DNA of 42,279 bases from Hyphomicrobium sp. Lineage in GTDB: Bacteria; Pseudomonadota; Alphaproteobacteria; Rhizobiales; Hyphomicrobiaceae. Under the pieces are notes generated by a model. It was given only the letters and a program-made list of their open reading frames with translations. It had not been told where the DNA came from and made no database searches. Both the position numbers and the translations under genes were made by a program. Position 1 is the first letter of the stretch. Every line of letters begins with the position of its first letter. The DNA lies in the NCBI GenBank assembly GCA_043718455.1, contig JAYSVT010000237.1:1-42279 (forward strand). Reading direction: 5' to 3'. This document shows positions 27,750 through 37,538 of this stretch, piece after piece.

Positions 27750-28226
27750 TTAGCCAACCTTTTTAATCTGTTCGAACGACTTAGCCGTTGCCGAACCGAC
27801 GGTTTCGAAGGACTGCTTGGCAACTTTCGTCGACAATTCGAAGATTTCCTTCGACTGTGCGCCGACGTTTGCAAACTGCTGCTGCCAGAAGTTTGCCTGG
27901 AGGCGGGCAAGCTCAGGGAAGGTCTTCGCCTTAGCGATAGCCTGTGCTGCGTCGAAAGCAGCTTCAGTGTTGGCAATTGTGTTGGCGAGCATCTTTTCGC
28001 CGATCGACTTGGCGCCGGCCTGTGCCGTCAAAACAACGTCTTCCATAACCTTGGCGTTGTCTTTGGTCACAGTCGCCATCTTGTTGTAGGCGTCGCGCGA
28101 CTTGGCGACTGCATCTTCGGCGAATGCCGACATGTTCTCAGGGATCTTAGCGTCTTTGCCTGACGTGAACATGTCTTGTGCCTGGCGGGTGAAGTCCTGG
28201 ACCTGGCGGGTAAAAGCGTCGCTCAT
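27750..28226 (-). CDS. Phasin (PHA granule-associated protein)
   Basis: IPENMSAFAEDAVAKSRDAY, NTEAAFD and AK...E...LQ pattern; GGAG RBS; PhaR-type box upstream. Confidence 0.85.
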   Translation of the reverse strand: MSDAFTRQVQDFTRQAQDMFTSGKDAKIPENMSAFAEDAVAKSRDAYNKMATVTKDNAKVMEDVVLTAQAGAKSIGEKMLANTIANTEAAFDAAQAIAKAKTFPELARLQANFWQQQFANVGAQSKEIFELSTKVAKQSFETVGSATAKSFEQIKKVG

Positions 28227-28314
28227 TGTGGGCTCCTGATGGGTTTGGGGGTCAAAAATGGATGTCGGTAGTGCCGGGGGCGTTGTGTTGGTAAAAAGTA
28301 TGTAGGAGATTTTA

Positions 28315-28326
28315 TTGTGCATTGCA
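28315..28326 (-). promoter_or_regulatory. PhaR-type operator
   Basis: TGCAATGCACAA on the minus strand fits TGCRNYGCASMA, upstream of the phasin gene. Confidence 0.7.
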
Positions 28327-28469
28327 ACAATTATCTGTGATGCGGGTCATTGTTTTTATAGCTGCACCTTGGTTAACGCCGATTTTGCTGACAATTAGCA
28401 AGGCTTTTTGCTTTTGGGTCTCATGTGCAACAAATTTCGCATTTGCAGCATAAGCAGCGACTAGATTAA

Positions 28470-29876
28470 TTACACAAGTGCCGGAAATGCCTCGCGATAC
28501 CCGGTCGCTGCGGGATCGAACATGATGTCTGACGGCGTGAGCTTGCGGGCGAGCGCGATACCTTCCAGCGACTTGCAGCGCGACAAAGCGACATAAGTTT
28601 GTCCGTGCGCGAAGGTGCCCCGCCCGAGGTCGATATAGACCTTATCGAGCGTTAAGCCCTGGGCTTTGTGAATGGTCAGAGCCCAAGCCAGGCGCAAGGG
28701 AAACTGCTTGAATGTACCCGCGACGCTTTCGACGATTTTTTCGGCCGCTTGGTCGAAGGCGTAGCGCCGATGTTCCCAGGATGCCTGCTCGACTTCGTAT
28801 TCGCGGCCGCCTGTCTCGATCCAAACCTGCTTGTCGGTGAGCTTGGTAATGCGTGCGATCGTGCCGTTGACCCAGCGCCTGTCTGGATCGTTGCGCAGCA
28901 TCATGACTTTGGCGCCGAGTTTCAATTGCAGCTGCGCGTCGGCTGGATGCGCGCTCTCGCTGAAATCGCCAGAGACACCGGCCTCATAACGCATCGCCGT
29001 GCCGGGCAGGGCTTCCAGATATGCCGTATTGATGCGCCGGGCGGCCGCGTTCGTCGGGGTCAGAATAACGTAGGGCTCGCCTTCGCTCAAAGTGCGAATG
29101 GGGTGAACGCGCGTATTCAGCAACGTAAGATCGTCCTCGGAAACGTCGCCATCGCGAATGCGGTTGAGGACCGTGATGAGTGCCGTATCGCTTTGCCGGA
29201 ACACGTGGCTGAGTTCGATGCGAACCGTCCCCGCGCCCTCCCTCAATGCTGGCATCGAAAAGAAAAACGGTCCGCCGTGATTCTCCGCGAGATAGGCCGC
29301 CACTTCGGCTTCCTGGACGACCGGCGGTAATTGATGAAGGTCGCCGAACATGACGAGCCTCACCCCGCCAAACGGTTCGCGCGGCCGCCCGCGATTGAGG
29401 CGCAGACTATAATCGATGGCCCACATCAGATCCGAGCGCACCATCGACACTTCATCGATGACAAGCAGCTCAAGTTTGCGCATCAGCCGCCCGTTACGGC
29501 TGCGGCGGATATCTTCGCTTTGGATGAGCCTGGGCGGAAAGCCGAAAAACGAATGGATGGTTTGCCCGCCGACATTGATCGCGGCAAGGCCGGTGGGCGC
29601 TAGCACTGCCATGTCTGCAGCGCCGTTGTCGCGCAGCGCTCTGAGCAGGGTCGATTTTCCGGTTCCCGCGCGCCCTGTGACGAACAAGTGCCCCTCGGCT
29701 GTTCGTATGAAGTCGAGCGCGGAAACAAATTCCGGCGTTGGCGTAATGCCGTCGGGCCATGCGATAGAGGGGGTGGCCGCGTGCGCTAATTCGCGCCGTT
29801 CCAATGTTGTCTCGGTCTTGGGATCGATTTGCACAACGCAGCTGTAGTCAAGGTGCCGAAACTTGTCACGCGCCAA
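28470..29876 (-). CDS. PIF1/RecD-like SF1B DNA helicase
   Basis: GRAGTGKS, APTG, TIHS, IDEVSM, GDLHQL, FRQ, NGT, QFPL, TIHKAQG and YVALSR motifs. Confidence 0.93.
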   Translation of the reverse strand: MARDKFRHLDYSCVVQIDPKTETTLERRELAHAATPSIAWPDGITPTPEFVSALDFIRTAEGHLFVTGRAGTGKSTLLRALRDNGAADMAVLAPTGLAAINVGGQTIHSFFGFPPRLIQSEDIRRSRNGRLMRKLELLVIDEVSMVRSDLMWAIDYSLRLNRGRPREPFGGVRLVMFGDLHQLPPVVQEAEVAAYLAENHGGPFFFSMPALREGAGTVRIELSHVFRQSDTALITVLNRIRDGDVSEDDLTLLNTRVHPIRTLSEGEPYVILTPTNAAARRINTAYLEALPGTAMRYEAGVSGDFSESAHPADAQLQLKLGAKVMMLRNDPDRRWVNGTIARITKLTDKQVWIETGGREYEVEQASWEHRRYAFDQAAEKIVESVAGTFKQFPLRLAWALTIHKAQGLTLDKVYIDLGRGTFAHGQTYVALSRCKSLEGIALARKLTPSDIMFDPAATGYREAFPALV

Positions 29877-29940
29877 TGGCCGCCGGTTGCGTCCGGGCGC
29901 TCATGTCGCTTGTGGAGTTCGCGGTTCGCGCTGGCTTAGC

Positions 29941-30432
29941 TCAGTGGCGGCCAAGAATGGCACGCATGGCGGCAACTTCAACTTCGCCTGTTCCAGACGG
30001 CAACTGAATGGTCTCGTGGGTCGATAAGGTCAAAAACGGCACGGCCGCTTGGTAGCCGTCGTCGTCGTAACGTGTCTCGATGCGGATGTTGGCGATATCG
30101 ACAAACGGCACTTCGGTCAGTTTTCTGGCCAGTAGTCCCGTTCTCTCGACGATGACAACCTTGCTCGTCCTATCGAAAATGACCTTCGTCACATCGCCTT
30201 GATCGAAAATACTGATCACAAAAGCGATGGTTGCAATAATCAGAAGGGCAATCAGGTAAATTTGAATCATGACGCTGAAGCTTGCGAGCGCGCGCGGGTC
30301 GACCACCAGCAGTGCAAGAACCGGCGCCACGAGGCCGATCAAGACCGGCATAAGAAGTTGCAACCGTCCGAAGCGCGGCCTGCCGTTCATCCCAAATTGC
30401 TGTTGAGCGTTCGCCGAAGCCGACATGATCAA
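29941..30432 (-). CDS. Membrane hypothetical protein
   Basis: Two hydrophobic helices followed by a beta-rich soluble domain. Confidence 0.7.
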   Translation of the reverse strand: MIMSASANAQQQFGMNGRPRFGRLQLLMPVLIGLVAPVLALLVVDPRALASFSVMIQIYLIALLIIATIAFVISIFDQGDVTKVIFDRTSKVVIVERTGLLARKLTEVPFVDIANIRIETRYDDDGYQAAVPFLTLSTHETIQLPSGTGEVEVAAMRAILGRH

Positions 30433-30533
30433 TATCCGTTTACAAATGCGGGCCGAATATTTCCCGCCGGTCGCGCGATTATGACGCTTACCGATTTATA
30501 ATTCGTAAACGAGGTGTTAATCCTGCGAAGAAA

Positions 30534-32369
30534 TTACGCTGCACCCGCTTCGCGGTCGGATTCGCGCTTGCGTTCCTGCTTCTTGCGCTCGTTCGGGTCG
30601 AGCCACCGTTTACGCAGGCGGATCGATTCCGGCGTGATCTCGACTAGCTCTTCATCCGTGATGTAACTCATGGCCTTTTCAAGCGTGAGCCGCATGGGCG
30701 GCGTCAGGATCAAGGCTTCGTCCTTGCCGGATGCGCGCACGTTCGTCAGCTTCTTGCCCTGCACAACGTTGACGATGAGGTCGTTGTCGCGCGAGTGTTC
30801 GCCGACGATCATGCCCTCATAGACGCGCGCCTGCGCGCCGATCATGAACGAGCCGCGGTCCTGCAGATTGAAGATTGAGTACGCCGTCGCTTCGCCAGTT
30901 CCGTTGGAAATGAGAACACCCGTGCGGCGCCCTTGAATTTCGCCCTTGAACGGAGCGTATACGTTGAACAGGCGGTTCATCACCGCCGTGCCGCGCGTGT
31001 CTGACAGCAATTCCGATTGATAGCCAAGAAGGCCGCGCGTCGGCACGAGAAAGACCATGCGTGTGCGTCCGCCGCCCGAGGGGCGCATTTCCATCAAGTC
31101 GCCGCGGCGCTCGGAAAGCTTTTGCACAACGATGCCGGTATGCGCATCATCCACGTCAATGATTGTTTCTTCGATAGGCTCTAAGCGCTGGCCGTCATTG
31201 TCGGTCTTGAACACGACTTTGGGGCGCGAGACCGTTATTTCAAAACCCTCGCGGCGCATATTCTCGATCAGAATGGCCAACTGCAATTCGCCTCGGCCCG
31301 ACACGGTGAAAGCGTCGTTGTCATCACCTGTCGTTACTTTGATCGCGATGTTGCGTTCGGCTTCACGCAACAGGCGGTCGCGAATAACGCGGCTTTGCAC
31401 CTTGTTGCCTTCTTGGCCGGCAAAAGGCCCGTCGTTGATGCGGAATGTCATCGACAGCGTGGGCGGATCGACGGGCTGCGCGATAAGAGGGATTTCGACA
31501 CTCAGGTCGCACAGGGTGTCGGCGACGGTCGCTTCGGTCATGCCGGCAATAGCCACGATCTCGCCCGCGTGGGCTTCTTCAACCGGCACGCGTTCAAGAC
31601 CCCGGAAGGCCAGAACCTTGGTCGCGCGGAAGTTCTCGACCAGCGTGCCGTCGTGGCGGATCGCCTTCATGGCCATATTTGCCTTGATCGTGCCCGACGT
31701 GATGCGGCCCGTCAGAATGCGCCCGAGGAACGGATCGGCTTCGAGTGTGGTCGCCAGGATGCGCACCGGACCATCGTCAACGGCGGGCGGGGGCACATGC
31801 GCGACCACGAGATCGAAGAGAGGCGCGAGATCTTTCTGCGGGCCTTCCGGCGCTAAGGCCATCCAGCCATTGCGGCCAGACCCATAGAGAATGGGGAAGT
31901 CGAGCTGTTCGTCGGTCGCATCGAGGTTGGCAAAGAGATCGAAGATTTCGTTTAAGACGTCGAGGTGGCGTTCGTCCGGGCGGTCGATCTTGTTGATGGC
32001 AACGATGGGGCGCAAGCCGCGCTTCAAGGCTTTTGAGACGACGAACTTGGTCTGCGGCAACGGGCCTTCCGACGCGTCAACGAGTACGATAACGCCGTCC
32101 ACCATGTTCAAAATGCGCTCAACTTCGCCGCCAAAGTCGGCGTGTCCGGGTGTATCGACGATGTTGATGCGGATGTCTTTCCACACGACGCTCGTGCACT
32201 TCGCGAGAATCGTAATGCCGCGCTCGCGTTCCAGGTCGTTGCTGTCCATCGCCCGCTCGGCGACTTTCTGGTTCTCGCGGAACGCGCCCGACTGCTTGAG
32301 GAGTTCGTCGACGAGAGTCGTTTTGCCATGATCGACGTGCGCGATAATCGCGATGTTTCGCAGTTGCAT
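30534..32369 (-). CDS. typA: Translational GTPase TypA/BipA
   Basis: NIAIIAHVDHGKTT, RGITI, DTPGHADF, GRGELQL and ITPESIRLRK motifs. Confidence 0.99.
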   Translation of the reverse strand: MQLRNIAIIAHVDHGKTTLVDELLKQSGAFRENQKVAERAMDSNDLERERGITILAKCTSVVWKDIRINIVDTPGHADFGGEVERILNMVDGVIVLVDASEGPLPQTKFVVSKALKRGLRPIVAINKIDRPDERHLDVLNEIFDLFANLDATDEQLDFPILYGSGRNGWMALAPEGPQKDLAPLFDLVVAHVPPPAVDDGPVRILATTLEADPFLGRILTGRITSGTIKANMAMKAIRHDGTLVENFRATKVLAFRGLERVPVEEAHAGEIVAIAGMTEATVADTLCDLSVEIPLIAQPVDPPTLSMTFRINDGPFAGQEGNKVQSRVIRDRLLREAERNIAIKVTTGDDNDAFTVSGRGELQLAILIENMRREGFEITVSRPKVVFKTDNDGQRLEPIEETIIDVDDAHTGIVVQKLSERRGDLMEMRPSGGGRTRMVFLVPTRGLLGYQSELLSDTRGTAVMNRLFNVYAPFKGEIQGRRTGVLISNGTGEATAYSIFNLQDRGSFMIGAQARVYEGMIVGEHSRDNDLIVNVVQGKKLTNVRASGKDEALILTPPMRLTLEKAMSYITDEELVEITPESIRLRKRWLDPNERKKQERKRESDREAGAA

Positions 32370-32554
32370 TTTTCGCCTGAAGGTTAACACGCCCATCAAC
32401 ACATCTTGTGTTGTGCGGCGCAATATTCTGACCGCGACGTAGCACAGAGGCGCCTCAGCGGCTAGGTACTTGCACGGTTCTTGCGAGGGGCGCGTCAATA
32501 CAGCCCCCTATCCTGGCTGATGTCTCACGCTGAAACGCTTGTCCGAGGCCGTAA

Positions 32555-33088
32555 ATGTTTGAACGCAATAGAATCGATAACAGCCTGCAGCTGGCCGCAG
32601 TTCCGGCGGACGTCACGTTGGACGACGGCCGGCTGGTCAAGGGCAAGTTCCTGATCACGGCAACCCGGTCTATTTTCGAGGTTTTAAACGGCGACGGTCA
32701 CTTCCTCGAGTTCGAGACTTACGACGGAGAGCGCACGCTCATTGCCCGGTCGGCGTTAAAGTCCGTTAAAATCATTTCTGTGCCGTCGGGGTCCAATTTG
32801 AAGTCGCGGCTCCGCGATGGCGACAACTTTGAGCCGCACATGATCCTGGGCGTGTCATCCGACTCAACCTGGGACGAGATCCGCTCCGCCTATTTGAAAT
32901 TGTCGAAAACGTATCACCCGGATCGATTTGCAACTGTGGAGCTGCCGCACGAGGTGCGCGACTACATGAGTGCAATGGCCCGTCGTGTGAATGCTGCTTA
33001 CGCGGCGCTCGAGGTTCCGATGCATGCCGCGAAGCGCGCCGTCATCGAGAAAGCCAAGCCAGTCTACACGTCGCCCCAGCGTATTTGA
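32555..33088 (+). CDS. J-domain protein with an N-terminal beta domain
   Basis: PHMILGV, AYLKLSKTYHPD and VNAAY motifs. Confidence 0.85.
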   Translation: MFERNRIDNSLQLAAVPADVTLDDGRLVKGKFLITATRSIFEVLNGDGHFLEFETYDGERTLIARSALKSVKIISVPSGSNLKSRLRDGDNFEPHMILGVSSDSTWDEIRSAYLKLSKTYHPDRFATVELPHEVRDYMSAMARRVNAAYAALEVPMHAAKRAVIEKAKPVYTSPQRI

Positions 33089-33118
33089 AATAGCGTGTTT
33101 CAAATTACGTGTTTAAAT

Positions 33119-33964
33119 CTAGCGTTTCCGATTGCCGTTCATCATCGCGCTGATGTCGCGCGGGTCACTTTTCGCCTTGGTGCTCGACTGGGCGCTCGTG
33201 TCGCGCGGGTCGGTGCTGGTTTTCTCTTTGGCACGTAGTTCGGCGAGCATGGTATCGACATCGGGCCGCTGCGGCGGGCTGCGTTCAAGCCGGTGCAACT
33301 GATTGTCCTGCTGGATCAGCGCCGCCATATCCGCGCCGGGCACCTTGAGGCGGTGTGCGCCAGAGATCAGCAACGGGTGCTCTGGCTCTTCAAGATCGAG
33401 TTCTTCGAGAAAGGTTTCGCGCAGTGCGTAGAATGACTGCAGTATGGCGTCTTTCACAAGCTTTTTCTGGTCGTCGTTCGCCGGCACTGCGGCGCGCGGG
33501 TCCAGCGTCTGCAGCGCGCGGCGCATGTCGTGCAGCGGCGCATAGGGGTAGAGCCCGATAAGACCGTCCGTCTCGCCGGAATTGCGATAGACGATGCGCA
33601 TGGTGTCGATCGTTTCGCTGACACGATTGAACGCCGCGAGATAATCGTCGGTCGCGTGATAAGGCTTCTCGCAATAGTTCAACAGCGCCGACTTGGTGCG
33701 CACGATGTTGCGCCATTCCTCCTCCAGGCTTTCGACGAACTTGGAGCGTTTTTGGAAGATATTGGAAATATAGGCGACGCCGCCTGTCGCGATCAAAAGC
33801 GACATGTCGCGCATGAATTCATAAAGCTGGCTTGTGATGCTGATGAATTGGGACGGGATGCCTGGAACATCGTCGGCGAACTTAGATCCAAGCATCATGA
33901 TGAGAATGAAGCCGATGAGCCAATATAGTCGCGAGAGAGTTCGATTGACGGAATTGCGGGTCAT
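33119..33964 (-). CDS. Membrane-anchored hypothetical protein
   Basis: 281-aa ORF with core-like composition and two N-terminal hydrophobic segments. Confidence 0.75.
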   Translation of the reverse strand: MTRNSVNRTLSRLYWLIGFILIMMLGSKFADDVPGIPSQFISITSQLYEFMRDMSLLIATGGVAYISNIFQKRSKFVESLEEEWRNIVRTKSALLNYCEKPYHATDDYLAAFNRVSETIDTMRIVYRNSGETDGLIGLYPYAPLHDMRRALQTLDPRAAVPANDDQKKLVKDAILQSFYALRETFLEELDLEEPEHPLLISGAHRLKVPGADMAALIQQDNQLHRLERSPPQRPDVDTMLAELRAKEKTSTDPRDTSAQSSTKAKSDPRDISAMMNGNRKR

Positions 33965-34121
33965 GGGATGCCAATAACAGGGATATTGAGCCGCAACACC
34001 GGCCCCGATGGGGGACCTTATAGCAAGGGCCTAGTCAACTTCGTGACTCGATAACGGCGAATGGTTGACGTACAACGCCCCAACCGTGTTCTGGAGGTCA
34101 CAATTGACCCAAGGCCGCCCT

Positions 34122-35357
34122 TTAGCCCTTGGGCTTCCTATTCCGCGCCGCTAGCGTTCTCAGCCGCAGCGCGTTCAGCTTGATAAAGCCCTGCGCGTCT
34201 TTTTGATCGTAGGCGCCCTTATCGTCTTCGAAAGTGACGAGAGTTGGCGAATACAGAGATTTGACGCTCTCGCGCCCCGTTACGATGACATTGCCCTTGT
34301 AGAGTTCGAGCGTGACGTCGCCCTCGACGTGTTCCTGACTTTTGTCGATTGCGGCCTGCAGCATCTCGCGCTCGGGCGCAAACCAGAAGCCGTTGTAAAT
34401 GAGCGCGGCGTAGCGCGGCATCAAATCGTCTTTCAGATGCATGGCGCCGCGATCGAGCGTGATACTTTCGATGGCGCGATGCGCGGCCAGCAAAATGGTG
34501 CCGCCGGGCGTTTCGTAAACGCCGCGCGATTTCATGCCGACAAAGCGGTTCTCGACCAGGTCGAGCCGGCCGATGCCGTTGTCGCGGCCAAGATCGTTCA
34601 ACGCTTTGAGCAGCGTCGCGGGCGAGAGCTTCGTGCCGTTCAGCGAAACCGCGTCGCCCTTTTCGAAACCGATTTTAATCGTCGTTACTTTGTCCGGCGC
34701 GGCCGTCGGCGAAATGGTGCGCTGATAAACCACTTCGGGTGCTTTTTTGGCCGGGTCTTCAAGAACCTTGCCCTCTGACGACGAGTGCAGCAGGTTTGCG
34801 TCAACCGAGAACGGGCTCTCGCCTTCCTTATCTTTGGCCACAGGGATCTGGTGATCGCGGGCAAACTTCAATAGGTCCTCGCGGCCCTTGAACGTCCATT
34901 CGCGCCACGGCGCGATGATCTTAATACCAGGCTCAAGTGCATAGTAGCCGAGTTCAAATCGCACCTGATCGTTGCCCTTGCCGGTGGCGCCGTGACAGAC
35001 GGCGTCGGCGCCAACCTTGCGGGCGATATCAATTTGCTTCTTGGCAATGAGGGGCCGGGCAATCGAGGTGCCGAGCAGGTAGACACCTTCGTAAACAGCG
35101 TTCGCACGGAACATCGGGAACACGTAATCGCGCACGAATTCTTCGCGCAGGTCCTCGATGAAGATGTTGTCTTCCTTGATGCCGAGCATCAGCGCTTTTT
35201 TGCGCGCGGGCTCGAGTTCTTCGCCCTGCCCAAGGTCAGCCGTAAAGGTCACGACCTCACAATCGTACGTCTCCTGCAGCCACTTAAGGATGATCGAGGT
35301 ATCTAGGCCGCCCGAGTAAGCAAGCACGACTTTCTTGATTTTGCCCTTTTGGGCCAT
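34122..35357 (-). CDS. argG: Argininosuccinate synthase
   Basis: [24 protein letters not shown] and [11 protein letters not shown] motifs. Confidence 0.99.
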   Translation of the reverse strand: MAQKGKIKKVVLAYSGGLDTSIILKWLQETYDCEVVTFTADLGQGEELEPARKKALMLGIKEDNIFIEDLREEFVRDYVFPMFRANAVYEGVYLLGTSIARPLIAKKQIDIARKVGADAVCHGATGKGNDQVRFELGYYALEPGIKIIAPWREWTFKGREDLLKFARDHQIPVAKDKEGESPFSVDANLLHSSSEGKVLEDPAKKAPEVVYQRTISPTAAPDKVTTIKIGFEKGDAVSLNGTKLSPATLLKALNDLGRDNGIGRLDLVENRFVGMKSRGVYETPGGTILLAAHRAIESITLDRGAMHLKDDLMPRYAALIYNGFWFAPEREMLQAAIDKSQEHVEGDVTLELYKGNVIVTGRESVKSLYSPTLVTFEDDKGAYDQKDAQGFIKLNALRLRTLAARNRKPKG

Positions 35358-35641
35358 GGAGATAGGTCCTGATTTGATGCGATCTGGAAGGCGCGGCACT
35401 CATATCAGGAACGGCCCTTAGCGCAAGTATTCACGAGCGGAACTCGGCTCCGAGCATCGCTCCTATCCGGATTGAAGCGCCAGGCGGGTCATAAAACGAG
35501 CGTTCGATTTGTGCTCGGAATAATTTAACCAAATCGACTTTCTCCCTCAAATTGCTCAAAAAAACATCAGTTTGCCGCGATTCAGTCCATCATAATCGGG
35601 CAATTGGAATTCAGCCGTCTAATTTGGTGGGAGACGACGCC

Positions 35642-36544
35642 ATGAAAACCCAAACTCTTTTGCACGTACGCGCCCTGACGTTTGCCGCAGCCCTCGGCCT
35701 CAATGCCGCATGGTCGATGGCTCAGGAAGCGAATGACACGTTAGACACTGCGGGCGTGGTCCCAAGCGGCGCTGAGATGGCACCTGCTGTGAAGAAACCT
35801 AAGCCCGCTATGCCGAACGCCGGCGCAGCGAACGCCGCGCCTGCAGCTACTGATCAACCGGCGCCAGCCGCCGCTACCGCGAAGTCCGCTCCGAAAGCGG
35901 CCGCTAAAGCAGCGCCCTCTGCGCCGGCCGCTGCTGTAGCCAAGAAACCGGCGGCGCCTGCAAACGCGAACGCGTCGAGTACGGCCAAAGCCGCCGTCGC
36001 GAAGCCTGCGGGAACACCAGCGCAACCGGCGGCAGCTGCCGCGAAGAACGCGGTTGCCGTGGCCCCAAATTGCAAAGGGCTAGATCAAACGGCGTGCGGA
36101 ACCAATAAGGCGTGCGGCTGGGTCGTGCCGAAAGATCCCAATGACGCAACGGGCAAGGTTCAAAATCCCTACTGCCGCGCCACGCAAAAAGCCGCGCAGA
36201 AAAAGCCAGCCGCCAAAAAAGTAACCGCCGCAAAGGCTGCGCCAGCTGTTCCTACTGCTGCGGTAGCAACTGCGCCTGCAGGTGCCGCCACGGGCGCGGC
36301 CCCAAGTTCGGCTAAGACAGCAGCCGTTCCCGCAGCGCCTGCAAAGGTCAAGAAATTGATTGTCAATCCGCCCGCCGATGCACCAGCGCCAGCTGCAAGC
36401 GCCGCAAATGCTGCAAAGGCAGCCGCGCCTCCGTCTCAAACGACCGTCAAGAAAGCAGCCGTAAAACCGCCCGCAGCCGCTGCAAAACCACAGGCTGAAA
36501 CTATCGGCGAAGACGTCATTGTGCCGCCTGCACCCGCTCAATAG
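35642..36544 (+). CDS. Exported Ala/Lys/Pro-rich protein with a small four-Cys domain
   Basis: Signal peptide; low-complexity arms around CKGLDQTACGTNKACGWV...YCR; GGAG RBS; terminator follows. Confidence 0.75.
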   Translation: MKTQTLLHVRALTFAAALGLNAAWSMAQEANDTLDTAGVVPSGAEMAPAVKKPKPAMPNAGAANAAPAATDQPAPAAATAKSAPKAAAKAAPSAPAAAVAKKPAAPANANASSTAKAAVAKPAGTPAQPAAAAAKNAVAVAPNCKGLDQTACGTNKACGWVVPKDPNDATGKVQNPYCRATQKAAQKKPAAKKVTAAKAAPAVPTAAVATAPAGAATGAAPSSAKTAAVPAAPAKVKKLIVNPPADAPAPAASAANAAKAAAPPSQTTVKKAAVKPPAAAAKPQAETIGEDVIVPPAPAQ

Positions 36545-36578
36545 GCTGCAATCAAGCGGCTCTAATTCCCGCCTAGCA

Positions 36579-36617
36579 AAAGGGCTGCTACCCGGAGGGA
36601 GCAGCCCTTTATTTTTA
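36579..36617. terminator. Bidirectional terminator
   Basis: AAAGGGCTGCT...AGCAGCCCTTT stem with a T-rich tail, between convergent genes. Confidence 0.8.
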
Positions 36618-36653
36618 TTGTGTCATGATTGCCGGGCGCCTCACGCCAGATCT

Positions 36654-37379
36654 TCAGCCGGGCTGCGGATGCGGCACAAAAGCCATCCAAGGGGCCATCA
36701 TCATCGACATGATGTCGACCGGCATGTCGGTTGGCTTCGGCGCAGCGTGGGCTGCCGCATGTCCGCCATCTGAGTGATAGCTTGAGAAGGCCTTGTTAAA
36801 GCCGTCGCGCGCTGCGTCCGCCGCGTCCATGGCAGAGGCATTTGCGCGCGCCGTCGGAGACGCCACAGAATAGGGCATTCCTGCCGCCATGAGTGCCGCC
36901 GTCATCGGATGCTGCCACATCGACCAGGAGGGTTGAGGCCACGCCCACCCGTAACTCCGCATCATCTCGGTCCACTGCGATTGCCACGGATTATTAAGAA
37001 GCGGATTGCTAAGCAAACTAGGCGTTGTGAAAAAAGCGGGGGCGAAGGCGGATGCAAATGGATTCCACACCGGCGCTACGGGCGCCTGCTGAGGCGCGAA
37101 CGGGAAGAATGCACTGAAGAAATCAGGCATGGTGCCGGTCGCGAATGGGTTAAAGGGGTTGCTTGGCTGCTGCAGTCCCCACCACTGAATTGGCAGCGCG
37201 AACGGATTGAAGGCATCAAACGACAACGGCGCCTTGGCGCTTTGCGAAGCCCCGCCAGCCATTTGTTCTTGCGCTTGGTCTTGCAGTACGGTGACGGCGG
37301 CCATTGCCGCCGATCCGTATCCAAAGGCCGCATCGGTTGCGCACTTCCAAAAACGCATCTGGCACTCAAAATCGAACAT
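36654..37379 (-). CDS. Pro/Phe/Trp/Met-rich hypothetical protein
   Basis: Long ORF with repeated NPF/NPW motifs and a PhaR-type box upstream. Confidence 0.7.
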   Translation of the reverse strand: MFDFECQMRFWKCATDAAFGYGSAAMAAVTVLQDQAQEQMAGGASQSAKAPLSFDAFNPFALPIQWWGLQQPSNPFNPFATGTMPDFFSAFFPFAPQQAPVAPVWNPFASAFAPAFFTTPSLLSNPLLNNPWQSQWTEMMRSYGWAWPQPSWSMWQHPMTAALMAAGMPYSVASPTARANASAMDAADAARDGFNKAFSSYHSDGGHAAAHAAPKPTDMPVDIMSMMMAPWMAFVPHPQPG

Positions 37380-37424
37380 GTGCGTGACAACTTTCAATAA
37401 TCAAAGAACGAAGACTAACACTCA

Positions 37425-37436
37425 TGCTGCGATGCA
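37425..37436 (-). promoter_or_regulatory. PhaR-type operator
   Basis: TGCATCGCAGCA on the minus strand fits TGCRNYGCASMA, about 45 bp upstream of the ATG at 37379. Confidence 0.6.
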
Positions 37437-37538
37437 GGCAAGCTTGTCTCAGGTGTGCTAATATTTTGTTGCTTCTGCGCAGCAAGACAGCACAAGGCCG
37501 CACAACTGTGACTCTGGCTTTTGCGGCTAGCGGCCTGA

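Noticed and set aside
33145-33215. Short repeat encoding DPRD(T/I)SA twice
   Set aside because: A small duplication in a disordered C-terminal tail with no sign of a wider system.
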